Shown: positions 49,894 through 60,689 of the stretch, in pieces
Numbering within the stretch: position 1 is the first letter of the stretch
Layout: every line of letters starts with the position of its first letter
NCBI GenBank assembly: GCA_963799775.1
Contig: CAWCYD010000002.1
Coordinates: 288,001-352,000 of the forward strand
Origin: an uncultured archaeon
GTDB taxonomy: Archaea > Thermoproteota > Nitrososphaeria > Nitrososphaerales > Gagatemarchaeaceae
Length of the DNA stretch: 64,000 nt
Direction of reading: 5' to 3'
Made by a program: the position numbers and the translations under genes
Notes under the pieces: generated by a model
Seen by the model: the letters and a program-made list of their open reading frames with translations, nothing else
What the model was told of the DNA's origin: nothing
The model's database searches: none

Positions 49894-51360
49894 ATGACGC
49901 GGCCCACCCTCGAGTCATGGACGGAAGAGGCCGAGGACGTCGAGACCGCAAAGAACCTGCTCTACTTCAAACAGCTCGTGGGCCTGAAGTTCGACAAGAA
50001 GAGGCTCGGCTCGCTCGAGGCCAAGTCGAAGACGCTCTACTCGCACTACCTCAAGACCTTCGGAAGCGATGAGAACGCACCCCGCGACCTGTTCTTGATA
50101 TCGGCGAGCAACGTCGGGGCAGCCGCCACCTACAAGCAGCTCCTCAAGCTCCACGAGGCCAGGGCGACGAAGATCGTCTCGCGAGAATACAAGTTTCACG
50201 AAACGCCTGTGAACTGGGGGTCTTGGAGGCAGTTCGCGGCGAGCACCGACGACTCGACGACGCGACGCAAGGTGTTCGACGACTTCATCGTCAAGTCCTC
50301 AATAGTGGCTCCGCTCATCAAGTCGAGGTTCGAGACATACGCGTCGTCGGTAGCCGTGTGGGGGGCCTCGCCGCTCGCGATCTACCTCGAGCAGGAGCGC
50401 ATCTCCTACGACAGGCTCGCCACGATGGTGGAGCGGCTCGGGGAGCTGGCCGGCTCGGCGTTCAGAGACTCTCTCGAGGAGTACTCCTCTGAGATCCTCG
50501 GAAGGCCAGCAGAATACTACGATGACTACTACTTCTTCAGGAACAGGGTCTTCAAGAGATACGAGAAGAGGCTCCCGACCAAGGACAAGCCGATCAACAA
50601 GATCCTGAAGACGATGAAGGTGATGGGGCTCGACGCCTCTCGCATCGCAGTGGACGACGCGGACAGGCCCGGGAAGAACGCCTCGGCCTTCTGCTCCGGT
50701 ATCAAGATCCCCACCGATGTGCGCATCTCCTACAGGAAGGCCAACCCACTGGAAGACTTCTCGTCGGTCTTCCACGAGTTCGGGCACGGCATCCACTTCG
50801 CGTCCATCGACCCCCAGGCCAGCTTCGCGGACAGGTACGGGGTCGCGAGCGGCGTTGCCGAGATCTTCTCCATCTTCTTCGAGGGGCTCATCCACGAGAA
50901 GCTCTACCTGACAGGCCAGCTCGGGCTCTCGGACGAGGTCGCAGAGGACATCCTCGCGAGGTTCCGGTTCAACAGCCTCTTCTTCGCCAACTTCTACTCC
51001 GCGAACTCGCTACTGAAGCTACGCTACTGGCACGACGCCCTCGCCTTCGAGTCGCTGGACGAACTCTATTCCGACCTCACGGAGCGCTTTCTCGGAATAA
51101 GATACCCGGGGGCCTACTGGAAGCTTCACCACGTCATGCCGGAGTACATCCTCTACTCGCCGTCGTACCTTATCTCGGCGGTGCGGGCGTTGGAGTTGAG
51201 GAACTTCCTGGTCGGGCGGTTCGGCGAGTCATACTGGACGGAGAAGGGCACCGGCAAGGCGCTGCTCGAACTGATGCGCCCAGGACAGTCGCTCGACCTC
51301 GGCTTCTCCAAGCTCGATGAGGCGAGCTACATGGAGAGCCTATCCCCAAGCGCGAGCTGA
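49894..51360 (+). CDS. M3-like zinc metallopeptidase
   Basis: RPGKN..AFC, HEFGH, AEIFS, HH..YSPSY. Confidence 0.78.
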   Translation: MTRPTLESWTEEAEDVETAKNLLYFKQLVGLKFDKKRLGSLEAKSKTLYSHYLKTFGSDENAPRDLFLISASNVGAAATYKQLLKLHEARATKIVSREYKFHETPVNWGSWRQFAASTDDSTTRRKVFDDFIVKSSIVAPLIKSRFETYASSVAVWGASPLAIYLEQERISYDRLATMVERLGELAGSAFRDSLEEYSSEILGRPAEYYDDYYFFRNRVFKRYEKRLPTKDKPINKILKTMKVMGLDASRIAVDDADRPGKNASAFCSGIKIPTDVRISYRKANPLEDFSSVFHEFGHGIHFASIDPQASFADRYGVASGVAEIFSIFFEGLIHEKLYLTGQLGLSDEVAEDILARFRFNSLFFANFYSANSLLKLRYWHDALAFESLDELYSDLTERFLGIRYPGAYWKLHHVMPEYILYSPSYLISAVRALELRNFLVGRFGESYWTEKGTGKALLELMRPGQSLDLGFSKLDEASYMESLSPSAS

Positions 51361-51382
51361 GCCTGGTCCGCGCGCGCCGCCC

Positions 51383-52109
51383 TCACAGCAGCGTATTCTT
51401 CGCGTTCTCGTAGAGAACGAGCCCACGTTGCTTTTCGGTCAGGCCTGCGACCCTGACCTTCTGCAGCTCCACCGAGTAGTCGTGAAACGGGTAGTCGGAG
51501 CCGAAGACGACCCGGGTCTCGCCCACCTTCTCTACCGCCTCGCGGATCTTCGAGTGCATCGAGACACCGGACGTCTCGAGGATGATGTTGTCGAACTTCT
51601 TGGCGGTGTTGATCGCGGCCTGGATGTATACGCCATGAGCGTGACCCATGTGGAGCATCACGATTCTCACCTCCGGATACATTTCAGCGAGCTCGCCGAT
51701 GCTCCACGGTAGCGAGAAAGGAGGATGACCCGAATGGATCGCGACGGGTATCCGCGCCTTCCCTGCGAACTCGACTATCGGAAGGACCTTCTTCGTCGGT
51801 GGGAAGGAAGGCATGGATCAAGGGATGCAGCTTGATCCCCTTGAATCCCCATCGCGTCACGTATTCCTTCACCATAGGGAGCGCGTCCTTCTCGTGAGGG
51901 TTCGGCCAGACGTACCCCACGAGGCGTCTGGGATGAGCTTCCACCGTCCTGCGTACCAGCTCGTTATCCGGCGCGAACAGGATGGCCTTCTCCACGTCGA
52001 ACTCGCTCATCTGCCCGAGCAGCTCCTCAGGAGAGGAGGAGACGTTGGCCCAGCTCCCAAACCTTCCCACGTGCGCGTGCGCGTCTATGATTTTCTTGGA
52101 ACTCGAGAC
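51383..52109 (-). CDS. Amidohydrolase_2 family metallohydrolase (indel)
   Basis: IIDAHAH, GIKLHP, IHSG, LHMG, FGSDYPF; start codon unclear. Confidence 0.88.
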
Positions 52110-52118
52110 CTTTCTCCT

Positions 52119-53738
52119 CTATTCAGGCGGGATCTCGGAGTGGACAAGCCTTAGATCGACACCGCGCGACTTGTGGTACCTGAACGAGATGGCGTAAATC
52201 AAGACGGGGAGCAGGATGACGACGCCCGCGACGATCTGCGCAGACTGCTGGAAGGGGCCAACCGCCGGGTTCTCGATGCTGTTGTATCCAAGGTAAGCGA
52301 AGAGCGCGGCTGCGACGGCTCCGAGAATCGAGATGGCAGGGATCCCCCGTGGTCCCTTTCCGGTCGCGGACTCGTAGACGTCGCGCCGCCTGAAAGGAAG
52401 CAGCATGGCGCTGACTGCTGCCAGGAACCAGACGACGCTGTAGAGAAAGATCGCGTTGACCTGCGCCGAGATGAACGACGTGAAGTACTGCAGATACATG
52501 GGGATGAGAGCAAGGGCGGCGCCGACGATGATGGCATTGACGGGGGTGTGGAACCTGTCGCTCACTCTCGAGAACCACTGCGGTATCACCTTGTCGAAAG
52601 ACCAGGCGAGGAAGAGCCTGCTGATGAAGACCAAGCTCAGCCAGGACCAGCCGATGTTGCCGATGAAGAGCCCTATGACGATGAGCCACAACAAGGTGCC
52701 GCTGGGGTTGAGCACGGTGGCGAAGGCCGTGGGCACTGTCGAGAGTGGAACGCCTGCCGAGCCATTGTGTATGGCCCAAGCCTCGATGAAGGGGATGCCG
52801 ATCACCCTGTCCAGGATGAAGGTCAGGCCGAACCATATCGCTATGGAGACCGCCTCTGCGAGGATCAGCCCGTAGAGGAGGCTCACGCGAGGCCGTCTGA
52901 TCTCCCCGCCCACGAACTGCATGACAGGGTAGGGACCGATGCTGACGAAGAGCAGAGGGACCACGGCGCTCAGGCTGGCGAGGCTTGCGCCCGGAGTGTA
53001 GCCCGAAGAGGATGCGTCAGAAAATACCTTGGATACCCCGCCCTGGAAGTAGGCGTCATACGAGTTGACAAAATCCGAGTGGCTGCTGGTCAAGAATATC
53101 GCGATCACCAGGAGCATCGTGAAGACGCCGTAACCGAAGAACGAGTACACCACCAACCTGAATATCCTCCCTCCGGCAATCACTAGGGCCCCGCCGACGG
53201 CGAGGATGGCCACACCCGCAGCCATCAGCATCCATGGCGAGCTCGAGACCCCGGGAGTCATCGCGTTGCCCAGGCTCTTGAGCCCGGCGTCATTGAGAAC
53301 CTGCCCGGCGAAGGACAGCTGCGTCCCAGCCTCCGAGAATGCCCAATAGGACCCGGAGCCAGCGGAGATCAGAATCGCGGCAAAGAAGAGGAAGCTCGCC
53401 ACGAACCCGAGAGGAGTTGACAAGATTCTAGAGATGAAGACGTAGTCTCCTCCCGAGCGCGGCATCATGCTCGTCAACTGCCAGTAGAGCAAGACGATGA
53501 CTATCGCGATGACAGCCCAGACCGCTAGGCCGGCGTAGTAGTTCACGTTCTGATAGTAGTCGGGTGTTACCCAGAATATCCCTGCCCAACTCGTCAGCCA
53601 CGGGAAGAAGAGGATGCTCCAGGTGAAGACGTCCAGCGCCGATAGCTGCCTCACCAGCCCTGTCGCCTGCCTCACAAAGTGGCCCCCGTTTGTGGTCCGG
53701 TTGCTTCCCTGTCCCCCCGCTCCTTGCGCATCGGTCAC
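52119..53738 (-). CDS. APC family amino acid/polyamine permease
   Basis: FVRQATGLVR, MPRSGGDYVFISR, SRLFLAWSFD..P; ends IPPE. Confidence 0.92.
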   Translation of the reverse strand: MTDAQGAGGQGSNRTTNGGHFVRQATGLVRQLSALDVFTWSILFFPWLTSWAGIFWVTPDYYQNVNYYAGLAVWAVIAIVIVLLYWQLTSMMPRSGGDYVFISRILSTPLGFVASFLFFAAILISAGSGSYWAFSEAGTQLSFAGQVLNDAGLKSLGNAMTPGVSSSPWMLMAAGVAILAVGGALVIAGGRIFRLVVYSFFGYGVFTMLLVIAIFLTSSHSDFVNSYDAYFQGGVSKVFSDASSSGYTPGASLASLSAVVPLLFVSIGPYPVMQFVGGEIRRPRVSLLYGLILAEAVSIAIWFGLTFILDRVIGIPFIEAWAIHNGSAGVPLSTVPTAFATVLNPSGTLLWLIVIGLFIGNIGWSWLSLVFISRLFLAWSFDKVIPQWFSRVSDRFHTPVNAIIVGAALALIPMYLQYFTSFISAQVNAIFLYSVVWFLAAVSAMLLPFRRRDVYESATGKGPRGIPAISILGAVAAALFAYLGYNSIENPAVGPFQQSAQIVAGVVILLPVLIYAISFRYHKSRGVDLRLVHSEIPPE

Positions 53739-53863
53739 TGTGTGGCTTGCCTTTGCCTCTGTCTCCCCGCTCCCTATTAGGTCGTTGCGCTGGCGACCTC
53801 TGCTGCCGGCTCAGAGAAAGGGTTTTACGCCCTTGTCGGTCGACGCCTGAAACGGAGGTCGCA

Positions 53864-54211
53864 TTGAGGAACCCATTCTCTCGGGCGGATGCAAAGAAAC
53901 CGAGACCGGTCTCTGGATTGGAGACGATCCCTCAGGGGGCGCAGGTGGTGCCGATGGAGGTAAAGGAGCAGTACGAGATGAACCCGGTCCACATATTCCA
54001 CCCCAACCCGTACAATGCGATCACCGTCCTCAGGAACAAGAAACAGCCCCACGATTTCCTCGTGTGCGGGTGGTATCTCGACACATTCCGGCAGCACGGC
54101 TTGGTGACCGGGCTGGTCTACAAGGCCGTGTCCAGCGACGAGGACAGGCAGCACGTGACGGCAGAGCTCAAGAAGCTGGACAAGGAAGCAAACATCAAGT
54201 TTTCAGTCTGA
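53864..54211 (+). CDS. Hypothetical protein
   Basis: GGAGG followed by TTG; globular composition. Confidence 0.6.
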   Translation: MRNPFSRADAKKPRPVSGLETIPQGAQVVPMEVKEQYEMNPVHIFHPNPYNAITVLRNKKQPHDFLVCGWYLDTFRQHGLVTGLVYKAVSSDEDRQHVTAELKKLDKEANIKFSV

Positions 54212-54299
54212 AAGTGTTCTAAGGAACACCACGAGGACCCGGTCCATGTCGTCTTCTCCAAAGGGATAAAAAGGGGCCAGAAGGCGCTTTTTTTGCGAA

Positions 54300-54641
54300 A
54301 TGACATTGGAGACAAAGACTCTCCCGCACCTAAAATCTGCAGAGTTCGAGAAGGAAATTCTAAAGGCGCAGACGCCGGCCGTCGTCGACTTCTACGCAGA
54401 CTGGTGCGGACCATGCAGGATGGTCTCGCCGATCATCGAGCAGTTGTCGAAGGAATATGAAGGGAAGGTAAAGTTCGCAAAGGTGAACACGGACGAGAAC
54501 CCAGACATCGCGATGAAATACGGGATCATGAGCATCCCGACCATAATCATCTTCAAGAACGGCCAAGCCGCATCGACGGTGATTGGAGCAGGCCCGGCGT
54601 CGATGTACAAGCAGAAGATCGACGCGGTTCTCAAGAGCTAG
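54300..54641 (+). CDS. trxA: Thioredoxin
   Basis: DFYADWCGPC, SIPT. Confidence 0.97.
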   Translation: MTLETKTLPHLKSAEFEKEILKAQTPAVVDFYADWCGPCRMVSPIIEQLSKEYEGKVKFAKVNTDENPDIAMKYGIMSIPTIIIFKNGQAASTVIGAGPASMYKQKIDAVLKS

Positions 54642-54648
54642 AATAAAT

Positions 54649-56021
54649 CTAGTTCGCCAGGGTGTAGACCCTGTCGCCCTCTTCCTTGGTCCCCTCCTCG
54701 CCAATGCTGTTGAGGACGAACCTCCTGGACGCGCCTAGCGGCCAGTCGTTTGGTGGGATCTGGCCTTCATGTATCCGCTCGTAGTCCTCGATCGAGAGCT
54801 TCTTCTAGCCCCCAGTCGAGGCATGAGGTCGAACTTCCCTGCGACCTCCTTAAACCTGTTCGACACCGAGTTCGCCTGGATGACTGCGTGGCTCCCGCTC
54901 CCATATCCGCAGAGGACGACCCTCTTGCCTGCTAAGCTTTCCTTCTCGTTCTCAAACATGCTGTCGAGCCCTACGAATACTGAGACCGAGTAGGAGTTGC
55001 CCACCATCTCGGGGCCGATCACCGAGCTCCCCACCTTCGTCGCAAAGTCGTCTACGAATGTCTTTGAGTTCATGAACTTGCGCCTAAAGTCACTGTAGGC
55101 CTCGCTCATGTAGTAGGCCATGTCGTCCATCCCCTCCCTCGAGGGTTCCGGGCCTATCGACGAAACGACGTCCTTCCATCTAGGGAGTGACCTCCACTCG
55201 TGCATCAAGAGCGAAGCGTAGGCGGAGATCACCATCTTCTTGTGGGGGTTGTGGTACACCGCCCTGTCTATAGCGTCAATCGTGGCGGAGTCCTTCGAGG
55301 GCTTGATCAAGCCCGTCCTCGCGGCTCCAGCCTGGAAGTTCAGCCAGGCGAGCTTCATCTCGGTCAGATAGGAGGCATAGGACCTGGCACCGTCGACGAG
55401 CGCCACCGTCCTCCCGCCCGGCTTCTTGAAGTCGCCCTTCTCGTTCCTGAGGGCCGAGCCGTAAGCCCCGGGGATGAGCTCCAACAGCCTTGGGTCCCTC
55501 GCGACCAGCACCGCGGCCGCGGCGGCTCCCTGGGTGGGCTCCTCCCTGCTGTTGAGGTCGTACTTCGCGATGTCTGTCGCAACGATAAGCGCGTACTTTG
55601 AGGTGTTCCAGCCCGCTGCGAACCATGCGCTCGTGTCGAGATACCTCTCCATCCCGCTCACGCAGGCGAACTTCTGCTCGTACCCTAGCACGTGAGAGAG
55701 GCTCCCTGTCCCATAGACCTGCTCGAGCATCCCCACCAGGTCTGAGACGAGCGCGCGGGAGCTGTCCAGGCCGCTTTCCGTGGGCGTGTCTATTCGGAAG
55801 ATCTCGCTTGGGGAGACCTTGTAAGCCTCCATGAGCCGATAGGCAGCCGTCGCCGCCATGCTCGACTGGTCCTCGTTCGGAGGGGTGACCGAGAACGTCT
55901 TCACTCCGACCCCCTCCGTGAAGTGCTTGGGCTGGCTTCCTCTTGCCAACGCCAGCTCGGCGTTGTCGACGTAGTAGTCCGGCGAGTAGACGTAGAGCGC
56001 CTCAATCCCGACCTTTGACAT
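54649..56021 (-). CDS. mvaS: Hydroxymethylglutaryl-CoA synthase (bacterial/haloarchaeal type; C-terminal indel)
   Basis: TESGLD, KFAC, ATDIAKY..EPTQGAAA, HNP, GNSYS, GYGSG; alternate frame ends LSIEDYERIH..RVY. Confidence 0.9.
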
Positions 56022-56177
56022 TCGGTTCGAACTCGCGCCGCTTTCCCAACTATTTATTGTGTCACTAGCCACAATTCACTTGGACGATTGACGAATAGCA
56101 ATCTCGGCCAGAGCGTGCCCCCAAGCGTTTCGGCGATCGTCGGGCCGGCGCGCACCGCCCAACGTTTAGTAGTGGGA

Positions 56178-57671
56178 TTGCGAAAGCCACCGAATGTGCG
56201 AGCCAAAGGTGCCAGCCCGGCTCTTGCGCTCCTCCCGCTGCTCTTGCTGTTGGTCGCTCCTTTCTCTCCCGGGGCCACCGCTAGGGGGTCTCCGGCAGTC
56301 CCCCTCTCCACCAGCATAGGCCTCCCAGACTCGTATTACCAGCCTATCACCATTGACGCCGCCGCGAGCTCGAACTCGATCGAGTTCGCCGCGAGGAGCA
56401 ACGTGAGCGTCTCGGCAGCGGTGATGTCGTCGTCTCAGTTCGACTCGTTCAACGACTCGCTGACCGACCTCTCTTACTCACTCTACATCCAGAACGGGAC
56501 TTCGACCCAGGGCACGGTGCACGTCGCCAAGGGTGACTACTTCCTCGTCTTCTACGCCTACGACGGGAACGCCAACATCACCTTCGGCTACGACCTCTTC
56601 CCCACCTCGCCCTACTCGGCCGGACCGCTCTCCTCTCCGCAGTCCAGCGGCATTGCCTCCTTCGGCCTATACAACGACTCTGGGAAGGTGACTCCGTACG
56701 ACGTCACAGCCCAAGAGGTCGTAGGGGTGTCGGACATCTCCTCGCTGCTGGCGCACAACTCCACCGCCGGCCTGTCCAACTCCACAGTCTCCGGCACGAC
56801 CCTCCAGCTCAACACCGTCCTCGTGGTCAACGAGAGAGGGGGCGCGCAGCAGGTCTACTGGGCCCAGGACACGCCTGACTTCGTGACAAGCGCTTCGCAG
56901 GTCTCGTACGGGGACAACGTCTGGAACTACAGCGTGAGCGGCTACCTGAGCAACTCCACGATCACTTCGTCCAACGGCGGCAACGCATACTACGACTCGC
57001 AAGGAGGGGTCGCGCAATACTACTATGCGAACGGGCTCTCAAACTCGACCTATGCGTTCCCCTTCAACCTCGCCTTGGCGGTCATCGAGGCCGTCTCCCC
57101 TGGAAAGGGCGTCGTGGTGGAGATGGGAGCCCAGATCCTCCGGAACGGACAGCAGGTCGCCTCGCCGATGGACTGGTTCGACAACGTGACGATCCACGAC
57201 ACGACAGTGACAAGCGCGTACTTCTACGTCTCCGGCAACAACACGGCCCCCGACGGCTCCTTCTACGACACGGAGCTCGTCTTCGGAGGGGAGAACAACG
57301 GTGAGTCGACCAACTTCAACCAGATGAGCGCCTCGCTGCAGCTCTTCTACGGCAATTCGACGAACGGGGTCCTGAGCTACTTCCCCTCGTATTTCAGTTT
57401 CGGCGGCGACACAGCCGAGGCAGCGGACAACCTTCACATGGCGTACTCCGGGAACGGCGTGGTGCAGCTCTCCCCAGGGCCTGTGGACTACGTCTACTTG
57501 GGCAGGGCCTCAGGGACGACGACGCTGTCTCAGCTGGCCGCATCGGGGACGGTCACCACCTCCTCCACGGTCCCTGAATTCCCCGTTGGAATGCTCTCCT
57601 TGGTAGCGTTGGCCGTCATAGCAGCGGTGGCGCTTTCCCTTCGGGCGGTGGACCGCCGCGGCTTCGGATAA
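56178..57671 (+). CDS. Thermopsin-family (A5) protease with PEF-CTERM tail
   Basis: GIASFG, LQLNTVL, YWAQD, DNVWN, DTELVFGG, TAEAA; VPEFP followed by TM and RR. Confidence 0.85.
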   Translation: MRKPPNVRAKGASPALALLPLLLLLVAPFSPGATARGSPAVPLSTSIGLPDSYYQPITIDAAASSNSIEFAARSNVSVSAAVMSSSQFDSFNDSLTDLSYSLYIQNGTSTQGTVHVAKGDYFLVFYAYDGNANITFGYDLFPTSPYSAGPLSSPQSSGIASFGLYNDSGKVTPYDVTAQEVVGVSDISSLLAHNSTAGLSNSTVSGTTLQLNTVLVVNERGGAQQVYWAQDTPDFVTSASQVSYGDNVWNYSVSGYLSNSTITSSNGGNAYYDSQGGVAQYYYANGLSNSTYAFPFNLALAVIEAVSPGKGVVVEMGAQILRNGQQVASPMDWFDNVTIHDTTVTSAYFYVSGNNTAPDGSFYDTELVFGGENNGESTNFNQMSASLQLFYGNSTNGVLSYFPSYFSFGGDTAEAADNLHMAYSGNGVVQLSPGPVDYVYLGRASGTTTLSQLAASGTVTTSSTVPEFPVGMLSLVALAVIAAVALSLRAVDRRGFG

Positions 57672-57706
57672 CGTTAATCTAGCCAAGCCCCGCTTTTCTT
57701 GGGAGC

Positions 57707-58642
57707 TTGAAGATCTACTCCTTCATCCCCAGCGCCACCGAGATGGTCTACGCCTTGGGTCTGGGCGACCAGCTCTGCGGAGTCACGCATGAGTGCGACT
57801 ACCCTCCTGAGGCCAGATCCAAGCCGGTCGCCATAAGGTCGTTGATAGACACCGCCCGCATGAGCCAGCGAGAGATCGACGACGCCGTCGTCGAGAGCAT
57901 GACCCATTGCCACGGGCTCTACACGATAGACAAGGAGCTCCTCAGGAGCAACCCTCCCGACGTAGTGATCACTCAAGAGCTCTGCGACGTCTGCTCGGTG
58001 TCCTTGCGCGACGTCCTCGCCGCCATCTCCGACCTCTCGAAGACCTGCAAAGTCGTCTCCCTGAAACCCAGAGGTCTCCAGGGCGTGCTCGAGGACATCG
58101 TGACCGTCGGCGCCGCTTGCGGGGTCAAAGAGGAGGCAGAGGCCCTGGTGGGCGCTTTGAACACCAGGATAGACAGGGTGAGGCTACGGGCCGCAGACCT
58201 CCCGAGGCACAGGGTCTTCTGCGTCGAGTGGTTCGACCCCATCTTCGCCTCTGGACACTGGGTGCCTGAGATGGTCAGTCTGGCGGGCGGCGAGGACGCG
58301 CTAGGGTTCGCCGGAAAGGACTCTAGGAAGATCCCATGGGAGAGCGTCGTCTCCTACGACCCCGAGGTGCTGGTGCTCATGCCCTGCGGGTTCGACGTCG
58401 AGCGCACTGTCCTCGACTCGAGGGAACTTGCGAGGAGACCGGGGTGGAGGACCATCAGGGCTGTGAAGGAGGGGAGGGTCTTCGCCACGAACGGCTCCGC
58501 TTACTTCTCTCGACCGGGCCCTCGCCTCGTGGACGGCCTCGAACTTCTTGCGAGCATGATCCATCCGGACGAGTTCGGGAGAGACATGCCTCGTGAAAGG
58601 GCCCGACTGCTCGACTCCAATCTCTTGAGGGCCACGCAGTAA
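57707..58642 (+). CDS. BtuF-like (cobalamin/siderophore-binding fold) protein, no signal peptide
   Basis: PSATEMVYALGL..GVTHECDYP, GHWVPEMV..AGG, FSRPGPRLVDG. Confidence 0.85.
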   Translation: MKIYSFIPSATEMVYALGLGDQLCGVTHECDYPPEARSKPVAIRSLIDTARMSQREIDDAVVESMTHCHGLYTIDKELLRSNPPDVVITQELCDVCSVSLRDVLAAISDLSKTCKVVSLKPRGLQGVLEDIVTVGAACGVKEEAEALVGALNTRIDRVRLRAADLPRHRVFCVEWFDPIFASGHWVPEMVSLAGGEDALGFAGKDSRKIPWESVVSYDPEVLVLMPCGFDVERTVLDSRELARRPGWRTIRAVKEGRVFATNGSAYFSRPGPRLVDGLELLASMIHPDEFGRDMPRERARLLDSNLLRATQ

Positions 58643-58675
58643 CGCACATATTTCAGTGCCGCAGGAATCAGCCCA

Positions 58676-58999
58676 ATGAAACTCATGGTGAAGCACGAGC
58701 TTCCGCGGAGGCTCAGGAGCGCCCAGGTGTACCTGGAGTTCCTGAACGCGTCGCTTTACGTCTCGGTCGACGGCCCCAAGGCCAGCATGATGGGGAGCAT
58801 AGGTGCCCATCAGAACAGGCCCGTGGCGATCACAGACAGGGAGTACTCGAGCTACAGGGCCTCCCATGACGTCGTCGGGGTGGTCGACGAAGACGAGGAC
58901 AGGGTCGTCCTGAAGACAGCCGAAGGCAACGAGGAAGAGTGGATCCGGCCCCGATGGATCCTCAACGGCGTCAGGCGGGCAAGAGAAGACCCGGCCTGA
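58676..58999 (+). CDS. Hypothetical protein
   Basis: 107-aa ATG ORF with host-like codon usage. Confidence 0.55.
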   Translation: MKLMVKHELPRRLRSAQVYLEFLNASLYVSVDGPKASMMGSIGAHQNRPVAITDREYSSYRASHDVVGVVDEDEDRVVLKTAEGNEEEWIRPRWILNGVRRAREDPA

Positions 59000-59847
59000 G
59001 AGGCTCTTGAGCGGGCGGTCCAGATTGCGTGAAGGCGTCCAAAGATTGGGGCCTCGGTTCCTCCCAACGGAAGATCTCCTCTGAAGGCCCGAACCCGGCT
59101 TTCGATATCGCCTCCCTCGCCTCAGATATCGCTTCTTCGCCCGACCCTAGGATCTCGTCCGCCGACATCCCCGTCGCAAGCTCAAAGTTCCTCTTCGAGA
59201 CGTCGTATCCCTGGAAACGCAGCAGTCCTGCGGAGATGGCCTTGACGCCTGCGTCTCTCATCATCGAGACCAACCCCTCGACGTCTTCCCTGGACACCCC
59301 GGGGATGACAGGCGCGAAGGAGACCCAGGTCTCGATGCCCTCTCGCGCAAGGGAGCGCAGCGTCTCTAGCCTTCTATTGAGCGGCGGGACACCGGGCTCG
59401 AAGAACCTCCCAGAACCCGTCGAGATCGAGCAGCCCACCCTGACCCACTCCATCTTCCTGAGGATGTCCAGGTCCCTCAAGACCAGAGGCGACCTGGTCA
59501 ATATCACGACGGGGAACCCGAATGAACGGAGTTCCTCCAGGCAGCGCCTCGCCAACTTGTACTTGGCCTCCACCGGCTGGTAGGGGTCGCTCGCGCTGCT
59601 GAGAAAGACCGGGGCTCTCTTCGCATCCCTGAGCTCCCTACGCAAGACCGCCGGGGCGTTGACCTTTGCGTCGACGAACGTCCCCCACTGTCGATCGTCG
59701 TGGACGAGGGATGGAGCGTAACAGTAGACGCAGCCGTGGGTGCAGCCCTTGTAGAGGTTCGCCGTGTACTCCAGCTTTACCCTGCTGAAGGTGAGAGGAC
59801 GAAGGAGAGTCTTGCACAGGCACCTCCCTGACCTCCGGGCGGGGCAA
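58971..59847 (-). CDS. Radical SAM protein, spore photoproduct lyase-like (indels)
   Basis: NLYKGCTHGCVYCYA (CxxxCxxC), SDPYQPVE, LTRSPLVLRD. Confidence 0.88.
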
Positions 59848-59900
59848 CGCGTCTCTATGCCGACTAGCCTATTAAGCGCAGATGTCCTAGTGGCGGGAAG

Positions 59901-60215
59901 CTACTCGTCGTCCGCCTCAGAAGAAGCCTCTTCCTCCCCGCCGTCCGCTGGCTCCTCGATCACGATCTCTTCCTCCACCACCTTCTCGCCCTTGTCTGTG
60001 AGCATCTCGTCGGTGGGATACCAGTGCTTCTTCCCGTCGAGCTCGCCCATCTCGACCTCCGCGAACCCCGCGAGGGTCCTTCCTGTCAGGACACCGGACC
60101 TGTGCTTTCCGGAAGGGACAGAGGTCTTCTTGACCTCTACGCCGTCTTCACCGAAGATAGCCTCCTTCGTCGGAGAGCAATTGACCCTCAGGCCTTGAGC
60201 GGGCTTGACGTCCAT
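59901..60215 (-). CDS. Hypothetical protein with acidic tail
   Basis: ATG ORF; SH3-like beta pattern; Glu-rich C-terminus. Confidence 0.6.
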   Translation of the reverse strand: MDVKPAQGLRVNCSPTKEAIFGEDGVEVKKTSVPSGKHRSGVLTGRTLAGFAEVEMGELDGKKHWYPTDEMLTDKGEKVVEEEIVIEEPADGGEEEASSEADDE

Positions 60216-60271
60216 CGGACCCGCCTCAGAACGCCCCTAGAGTTCTTTATCAACGATTCGTCGTCGGAGCG

Positions 60272-60646
60272 TCAAATTAGCCGCTTCATATCGGCCAGCA
60301 ACTTGCGCGTCTCTTCGTAGACAGAGGCAGCGCTCGACGCCTCCTTCCTCTTCGTCAAGATGGACGCTCCGATCAGCACAGCTCCCGGGACCGCCGTGAC
60401 CGGATCCGGGGCGAGCATGAGGGCCACCCCTGTCTTGCGCAGAGTCTTCGAGAACGAGTTGGGCTTGCCGACCTGCCTGAGGGCCTCACGGGTCTTCGTG
60501 TTCGCCATCGACCCCGCGACCTCCGCCCGGTCATGGAGGACATTGGCGACAGAATTCGCGTTGGAGGAAAGGAGCTTAGCGTTCCGCCGACTCTCGCCCA
60601 CGACGGGCTCAGACTTGCGTCCTAAGATAATCCGGTGGATAGTCAA
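60272..60646 (-). CDS. Hypothetical protein
   Basis: 124-aa ORF containing GVALMLAPDPVTAVPG. Confidence 0.55.
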   Translation of the reverse strand: MTIHRIILGRKSEPVVGESRRNAKLLSSNANSVANVLHDRAEVAGSMANTKTREALRQVGKPNSFSKTLRKTGVALMLAPDPVTAVPGAVLIGASILTKRKEASSAASVYEETRKLLADMKRLI

Positions 60647-60689
60647 AAGACGTTGGCCGCGGACTCAAAAGTGACGACGGCAGATGCCC

